Assembly: GCA_963678415.1 (NCBI GenBank)
Contig: OY782833.1
Span: forward strand, 818,648 to 882,647
DNA: 64,000 nt
Reading direction: 5' to 3'
DNA from: Sphaerochaetaceae bacterium
GTDB taxonomy: Bacteria > Spirochaetota > Spirochaetia > Sphaerochaetales > Sphaerochaetaceae
In this document: piece after piece, positions 58,634 through 64,000 of the stretch
Numbering within the stretch: the stretch's first letter is position 1
How the letters are laid out: each line of letters begins with the position of its first letter
Notes under the pieces: model-generated
Databases searched by the model: none
The model's input: only the letters and a program-made list of their open reading frames with translations
What the model was told of the DNA's origin: nothing
Translations under genes and position numbers: made by a program

Positions 58634-59524
58634 ATGGAAAACAAAATGGAAGAATATATCAAAAAAGCTGATATACTTATTGAAGCAATCCCTTATATTA
58701 GAAAATTCTCTGATGCTACTGTTGTTGTAAAATATGGTGGTTCAGCAATGACTAGCCCAGAATTAAAAAAATCAATTATACAAGATATTTCAATACTAAA
58801 ATATCTTGGGATTAATATAGTTGTAGTTCATGGCGGTGGTTTAGATATTACAAATACTCTAAAAAAAATGAATAAAAAAACTGAATTCATTAATGGATTA
58901 AGAGTAACAGATAAAGAAACTGCAAAAATTGCAGAGATGGTACTTTCAGGAAATATTTCAAAAGGTTTAGTTCAAGATTTACAAAGTCATGGATTAAATG
59001 CTGTTGGGATCAGTGGTAAAGATGGAAATACTTTTGAAGTATCAAAAGAAATTAAGGAAGTTGATTTAGGATTTGTTGGTAAAATTGATAAAGTAAATAC
59101 TGAATTACTTGATACGTTATTAAAGAATAATTTTATTCCGGTATTCTCCCCTATCGCATCAGATAAGAATGGAAACACTTACAATATAAATGCCGACTAC
59201 GCTGCAAGCGCTATAGCTTCTGCCTTAAAAGCTCAAAAGTTAATATTCTTAACTGATACAAATGGAATTCTTAGAGACAAAGATGATAATAATAGCGTAA
59301 TAAATAGATTAACAAAAACTGAAGCTATTGAATATATAAATGATGGTACAATTAATGGTGGTATGATTCCTAAAGTTCAATGTTGTGTTGAAGCTGTTGA
59401 AAACGGTGTTAAATCAATTCACATATTAGATGGAAATCTACCACACTCAATTCTTTTAGAAATTTTTACATCAAAAGGCTGCGGTACAATGATGTTTAAG
59501 AAGGGGCAAATAAATGATGACTGA
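58634..59524 (+). CDS. argB: Acetylglutamate kinase
   Basis: VVKYGGSAM and VVVHGGG motifs. The start could alternatively be the ATG at 58646. Confidence 0.9.
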   Translation: MENKMEEYIKKADILIEAIPYIRKFSDATVVVKYGGSAMTSPELKKSIIQDISILKYLGINIVVVHGGGLDITNTLKKMNKKTEFINGLRVTDKETAKIAEMVLSGNISKGLVQDLQSHGLNAVGISGKDGNTFEVSKEIKEVDLGFVGKIDKVNTELLDTLLKNNFIPVFSPIASDKNGNTYNINADYAASAIASALKAQKLIFLTDTNGILRDKDDNNSVINRLTKTEAIEYINDGTINGGMIPKVQCCVEAVENGVKSIHILDGNLPHSILLEIFTSKGCGTMMFKKGQINDD

Positions 59525-60698
59525 TCAAATTAATAAAACAAAAGAAGTAATTCTAAATACTTATTCTAAATTCCCTGTAGTTTTTGAAAAAGGTGAAGGA
59601 AATTACTTAATAGATACAGATGGAAATAAATACTTAGATTTTGTTGCAGGTATTGCAGTAAATGCTTTTGGTTATAAAAATGAAGATATTATTAATGCAA
59701 TAAATGAAGTCGTTCAAAACGGTGTTTTACATACTTCAAATTTATATTGGCACCCTTATGAATTAAAAGCAGCATCAAAATTAATCGAATTATCAAAACT
59801 TAAGAAAGCTTTCTACTGTAATAGTGGTGCTGAAGCAAACGAAGCTGCTTTAAAATTGGCTAGAAAATTTGGTTCAAAAGATAATAGATATAAAATCATA
59901 TCTATGGAACATTCTTTCCATGGAAGAACTTATGGAGCTGTTACAGCAACTGGACAAGATAAATATCATAAAAACTTCTTCCCTCTATTAGAAGGAATTG
60001 AATATGCTACTTTTAATGATCTAGAAAGTGTAGAAAAATTAATTGATGATAAATGTTGTGCAATTATTGTAGAACCTTTACAAGGTGAAGGTGGAATAAT
60101 TCCTGCTACTCAAGAATTTTTAAGTGGATTAAGAGAACTATGTGATAAAAACAATCTGCTTTTAATCTTTGATGAAGTTCAATGTGGTATGGGAAGATGT
60201 GGAAAACCATTCTGCCATCAATTATATGGTGTAAAACCAGATGTTTTAACTTTAGCAAAAGCTCTTGGTGGAGGAATTCCATGTGGAGCAATGGTAGTTG
60301 GAGAAAAAGGTGAAGATGTTTTTGCTCCTGGAGATCATGCTTCAACCTTTGGTGGAAATTTAGTTGCCTTAAATGTTTCAAGCGTTGTTTTAGAAAAACT
60401 AGCAAATGAAGATTTTATGAACAGCGTAAGCGAAAAAGGAAAACTATTAACTGAAGGTTTAAACAAACTTATAGAAAAATATCCTGATAAGTTAGTTTCA
60501 ACTAGAGGATTAGGGTTAATGCAAGGACTAATTGTTAAATGTAATCCGGTTGATATAATTAATGCTTGTTTGAAAGAAAAATTATTAGTAGTTAGAGCTG
60601 CTAGTGATGTTGTAAGATTTGTTCCACCTCTTACAATACAAAAAGATGAAATAATTAAAATGTTAAAGATCTTAGATAATGTCATTGATAAACTTTAG
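59514..60698 (+). CDS. argD: Acetylornithine aminotransferase
   Basis: Class III aminotransferase. NSGAEANEAA, DEVQCGMGR and LAKALGGG (PLP-Lys). Confidence 0.85.
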   Translation: MMTDQINKTKEVILNTYSKFPVVFEKGEGNYLIDTDGNKYLDFVAGIAVNAFGYKNEDIINAINEVVQNGVLHTSNLYWHPYELKAASKLIELSKLKKAFYCNSGAEANEAALKLARKFGSKDNRYKIISMEHSFHGRTYGAVTATGQDKYHKNFFPLLEGIEYATFNDLESVEKLIDDKCCAIIVEPLQGEGGIIPATQEFLSGLRELCDKNNLLLIFDEVQCGMGRCGKPFCHQLYGVKPDVLTLAKALGGGIPCGAMVVGEKGEDVFAPGDHASTFGGNLVALNVSSVVLEKLANEDFMNSVSEKGKLLTEGLNKLIEKYPDKLVSTRGLGLMQGLIVKCNPVDIINACLKEKLLVVRAASDVVRFVPPLTIQKDEIIKMLKILDNVIDKL

Positions 60699-60707
60699 CA
60701 AATAATT

Positions 60708-60740
60708 TGGGAGATTAAATTAATAATCTCCCATTTTTTT
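60708..60740. terminator. Bidirectional terminator (argD / ddc)
   Basis: TGGGAGATTA-6nt-TAATCTCCCA followed by T7. Confidence 0.65.
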
Positions 60741-62199
60741 AGCCTTTCAGCTTCTTAAGTTCATCCTTAACAATTTCATCCATCTTTTTAATTAGATGTC
60801 TCAATTCATAAATTGTAACTGTTGGATTTAATAAGGTACATTTTAAATATACTTTACCATTAACTGAAGTTTGACCAATTACTAAACCATTTTCATGTAA
60901 TAGAATTTTTCTAATTTTCTTATTAAGTCTATCTGAACCTTTATGTTTAAAAACAACAGAACTTAATTCAGGTGGAATTAATGTTTCAAAATTATCTTCT
61001 AAATTTATACTGTTATATAAATTTGTAGCATTATTAACACACTTGTCAATAATTGCAGCATAACCTTTTTTACCTTGAGTTTGGAAAGCTATCCATACTT
61101 TTAGGGCATCGAATCTTCTTGTGGTTTGCATTGATTTATTAACTAAATTTGTATAACCATCAATTTCATCTTCTTCTCTATTTAAATAATCAGCATGCAA
61201 TTTAAAAGGATCTAATAAACTCTTATCATTTACTAAAAATGCACTACAGCTAATTGGAAGTAAAAACATTTTATGAAAATCAATAGTAATAGAATTTGAT
61301 AATTCAATACCATCAATTCTATTTTTAAAATTATCACTTAATATTAAAGCACCACCATATGCTGCATCACTATGAAGATACATAGAATATTGATCACAAA
61401 TAGATCTAATACTCTTTACATCATCAATGCTACCAAAATCGGTAGTTCCTATTGTAGCTACAGCAGCAATAGGAATATTATTATTTTTTAAATCTTCTTC
61501 AATCATTGATTTTAAAGCTGAGATATCCATTTTAAAGTTTTCATCTACAGGTACTTTTCTAACTGCGTCATAACCCAACCCTAAAATGTGAGCTGATTTC
61601 TCAACTGAAAAATGAGAAACTTCTGAAGTATAAATTCTAAATTTATTATAATTACTTGGGAGTCCCTTTTTCTTAATATCATGCTTTAAAATCGTATTAC
61701 AATACCAATCTCTTGCACATAAGATGCCACTAAAATTTGATTGACTTCCGCCTGATGTAAAAACACCATCACTATCTTCACTCAAATTATATAATTTAGT
61801 TAACATGTCAATTACAAGAACTTCGACCTCTGTGGCAACAGGGCTCTGGTCCCAAGAATCCATTGATTGATTGTATGTTGCTATAATTAATTCACTAGCA
61901 ATACTTTCAATTAATGCAGGACTGTGTAAATGAGCCATATAATTCTTAGATGAAGTATACAAAAAGTTTGGAATAATTTTTTTAGTTATTCTATCTAAAA
62001 CTACTTCAAAACTTTCCCCATCTTCAGGCAAAAGATTATATTGGTCTATATCTTTTTTCAATTCTTCTGGAGTTAAACCTTTATAAGCTAATGATGAATT
62101 AAAAGAATTAATTATAGCTTGTGAAGTTTTTTCAATAACTTCTTTATAATAATTTTTACTTTTTATATTGTTATTCAAAAGTAAATTATCAAACTCCAT
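60739..62199 (-). CDS. ddc: Group II PLP decarboxylase, L-2,4-diaminobutyrate decarboxylase-like
   Basis: SGGSQSN, DAAYGG and ITIDFHKMF (PLP-Lys). It follows and overlaps the dat-like gene by 11 nt. Confidence 0.75.
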   Translation of the reverse strand: MEFDNLLLNNNIKSKNYYKEVIEKTSQAIINSFNSSLAYKGLTPEELKKDIDQYNLLPEDGESFEVVLDRITKKIIPNFLYTSSKNYMAHLHSPALIESIASELIIATYNQSMDSWDQSPVATEVEVLVIDMLTKLYNLSEDSDGVFTSGGSQSNFSGILCARDWYCNTILKHDIKKKGLPSNYNKFRIYTSEVSHFSVEKSAHILGLGYDAVRKVPVDENFKMDISALKSMIEEDLKNNNIPIAAVATIGTTDFGSIDDVKSIRSICDQYSMYLHSDAAYGGALILSDNFKNRIDGIELSNSITIDFHKMFLLPISCSAFLVNDKSLLDPFKLHADYLNREEDEIDGYTNLVNKSMQTTRRFDALKVWIAFQTQGKKGYAAIIDKCVNNATNLYNSINLEDNFETLIPPELSSVVFKHKGSDRLNKKIRKILLHENGLVIGQTSVNGKVYLKCTLLNPTVTIYELRHLIKKMDEIVKDELKKLKG

Positions 62200-63526
62200 T
62201 ATTTACCTCCTTAACCACAGAAGAGAAAATTTCTAACATTTCATCAATTTCTTTATAACTTACATTTAAGGCACATAATACTCTCATTACTGAACCGTAT
62301 CTTCCACCTTTTTCCATAATTAAATGTTTTTCAAAACATTTTTTTTGAACTAAAGCAGATAAATCACCTGAAGCTGGAAGAGAACCAATCATGTCTTTTT
62401 CACCATTAGGATCAACAAATTCTATACCAATCATTAATCCTTTGCCTCTAACATCTCCAATTATTGATACTTCATCTTTTAATTCTTCGATTTTACCTTT
62501 TAGGTATGCACCTTTTTCACTAACATCGTTTAAGAATTCATCAGTACCAACAGTTTGCATAAGAACAGTACCAGCTGCCATAGCAAGTTGATTACCTCTG
62601 AAAGTACCAGCATGGGAGCCAGCATTCCATCCATCATATTTTTTATCATATATGACTAAACTCATTGGTTGGGTACCACCAACAGCTTTTGATACTAAAA
62701 TTGCATCTGGAGAAATATTTGCATACTCATGTGCAAAGAATTTTCCACTACGACCAATACCACATTGAATTTCGTCAAAAATTAAAGGAATATCTAATTC
62801 CTTTGTAATTCTTCTAATTTCTTGTAAGAATCTAACTGGAGCTGGAATAACACCACCTTCTCCTTGAATAGGTTCTAAAATAACTGCTGCAGGTTTTGTG
62901 ATTCCAGACTCTGGATCTTTTAAAGTTCTTTCAAAAAATGCTATTGCAGCATCTACGCCTTTTTCACCACCTAAGCCAAAAGGACAACGATAAGAATAAG
63001 GATAAGGGAAAAAATGTACATCAGGCATTAAAGATGCAACTTTTTCTTTAGCATTTAAATTTCCAGTTAATGCTAAAGCCCCATGGCCCATTCCATGATA
63101 TGCTCCTGAAAAAGCAACAATCGTTCTTCTACCTGTAGCTGTTTTAAACAATTTAATTACTGCATCAACGGCGTCTGTACCGGATGGACTACAAAATTGA
63201 ATTTTTGCATTCTCTCTTAATCCATTTGGTACTTTGTTGATAATTGTTTCAACAAATAAGTCTTTTGTTGGAGTAGTTAAATCTAGGGTATGAAGAGGAG
63301 CTTCACTTGCGATTAAATCAATCATTGCTTTGTTGATATTAGGATCATTATGTCCTAAAGCAAGTGTTCCGGCACCACAAAGGAAATCTAAATACTTATT
63401 TCCTTCCACGTCTTCTAAATAGGATCCATAAGCTTTATTTAAAGCAAAAGGGAATTTTCTAGGATAACTCCTTGCATTTGATTCAAATGCGTTTTGTCTA
63501 TCGATATAATAGCTATTATTTTTCAT
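62189..63526 (-). CDS. dat: Diaminobutyrate--2-oxoglutarate aminotransferase
   Basis: Class III aminotransferase with the N-terminus ...FESNARSYPRKFP..., DEIQCGIGRSG, and VSKAVGG (PLP-Lys), typical of Dat/EctB. Confidence 0.8.
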   Translation of the reverse strand: MKNNSYYIDRQNAFESNARSYPRKFPFALNKAYGSYLEDVEGNKYLDFLCGAGTLALGHNDPNINKAMIDLIASEAPLHTLDLTTPTKDLFVETIINKVPNGLRENAKIQFCSPSGTDAVDAVIKLFKTATGRRTIVAFSGAYHGMGHGALALTGNLNAKEKVASLMPDVHFFPYPYSYRCPFGLGGEKGVDAAIAFFERTLKDPESGITKPAAVILEPIQGEGGVIPAPVRFLQEIRRITKELDIPLIFDEIQCGIGRSGKFFAHEYANISPDAILVSKAVGGTQPMSLVIYDKKYDGWNAGSHAGTFRGNQLAMAAGTVLMQTVGTDEFLNDVSEKGAYLKGKIEELKDEVSIIGDVRGKGLMIGIEFVDPNGEKDMIGSLPASGDLSALVQKKCFEKHLIMEKGGRYGSVMRVLCALNVSYKEIDEMLEIFSSVVKEVNNGV

Positions 63527-63787
63527 TTGGTTACTTCCTTAAAATAATTTTTCACCAAAACCCTTTTATTAGTTGCCAAAAAAAATTGTTAACTTTTTAT
63601 TTTGGTTTTCTAGCTAGGGAGAATATAGTTATATTTAATAAAAAGCTAGACTTTTATGAATCTTTTTTTAGAAAAAATAATACTTTTTTTTTAGTAAAAA
63701 AAAACAGATAGTTATTCACTTAAAAAACTGCATTATAACTAAAAAAATAAATTTAAAAATGAGTTATTTATCAATAATAATTATAAC

Positions 63788-63822
63788 AAAAAAAATAGTG
63801 TTTTTTTACTCAAAAAACACTA
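63788..63822 (-). terminator. Rho-independent terminator of the partial 3'-end gene
   Basis: Minus strand: TAGTGTTTTTT-GAGTA-AAAAAACACTA followed by T8. Confidence 0.6.
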
Positions 63823-63859
63823 AAAAAGTATAATATTTATTATTTTTATATCAATTACA

Positions 63860-64000
63860 CTAATCTTGAATAACCAACTTATAAGCTGTTTTTTCAACAA
63901 GTTTTTTCAAAACTACTAAAATTATTAATGAGGAAACAATACCAAAATAAAGTAAGTTAAATTTAAAGAATAGAATTAATATTGATGGAGCAATAACTAT
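63860..64000 (-). CDS. C-terminal fragment of a membrane protein (5' end outside window)
   Basis: Open to the window edge. The translation is IVIAPSILILFFKFNLLYFGIVSSLIILVVLKKLVEKTAYKLVIQD*. It is hydrophobic and followed by a terminator. Confidence 0.35.
   Translation of the reverse strand: MVIAPSILILFFKFNLLYFGIVSSLIILVVLKKLVEKTAYKLVIQD

Noticed and set aside
63472-63711. 79-aa track ORF extending from the dat start into the A/T-rich intergenic region
   Set aside because: It is antisense to the dat 5' end. It has no SD, and its homopolymer-driven Phe/Lys/Asn-rich translation is typical of non-coding AT-rich DNA.
1-64000. Search by eye for CRISPR arrays, IS or transposon ends, integrases, phage genes, rRNA, tmRNA, RNase P and long direct repeats
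   Set aside because: I found no regularly spaced direct repeats, no transposase, integrase or recombinase-like ORFs, and no rRNA-like GC-rich blocks. The only stable RNA gene I can support is tRNA-Tyr.

Overview
AT-rich (about 30% G+C by eye), densely packed bacterial chromosomal segment read with the standard code. I support about 63 protein-coding genes, one tRNA-Tyr, and a set of hairpin/T-tract terminators. I saw no rRNA, CRISPR array, transposase, integrase or prophage gene. Most of the content is housekeeping. It includes two EF-G paralogues, trmB-mfd, nfo, nrdR, shikimate genes (aroK, aroC, fused aroDE), an ABC-F ATPase and maf. It also includes an rpsB-tsf-frr-uppS-cdsA-dxr-rseP operon, a dnaB-rplI-DUF2232-rpsR-ssb-rpsF block, murD, metG, hflKC, argCJBD and a dat-ddc (1,3-diaminopropane) pair. 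The gene order (rpsB-tsf-frr without pyrH; rpsF-ssb-rpsR...rplI-dnaB; multiple EF-G paralogues) is reminiscent of spirochaete/Firmicute-type chromosomes, but I cannot assign taxonomy from sequence alone. The least-explained loci are listed here. (1) An XPB/Ssl2-type helicase tightly linked to a 677-aa partner that carries a copy of the XPB N-terminal domain. (2) A five-gene PLP/RidA/nitrilase/YheO operon. (3) A divergent pair of orphan secreted N/Y/S-rich proteins. (4) An EF-G-II paralogue with Tyr in place of the catalytic His, preceded by an XRE regulator. (5) An unlisted 29-codon highly basic ORF upstream of rpsF. (6) An apparent frameshift at the 5' end of an ACT-domain gene. (7) GC-enriched, structured 5' leaders before the yhhQ-like, rpsB and rpsF genes. 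All functional calls rest on motif recognition by eye. No database search was run.
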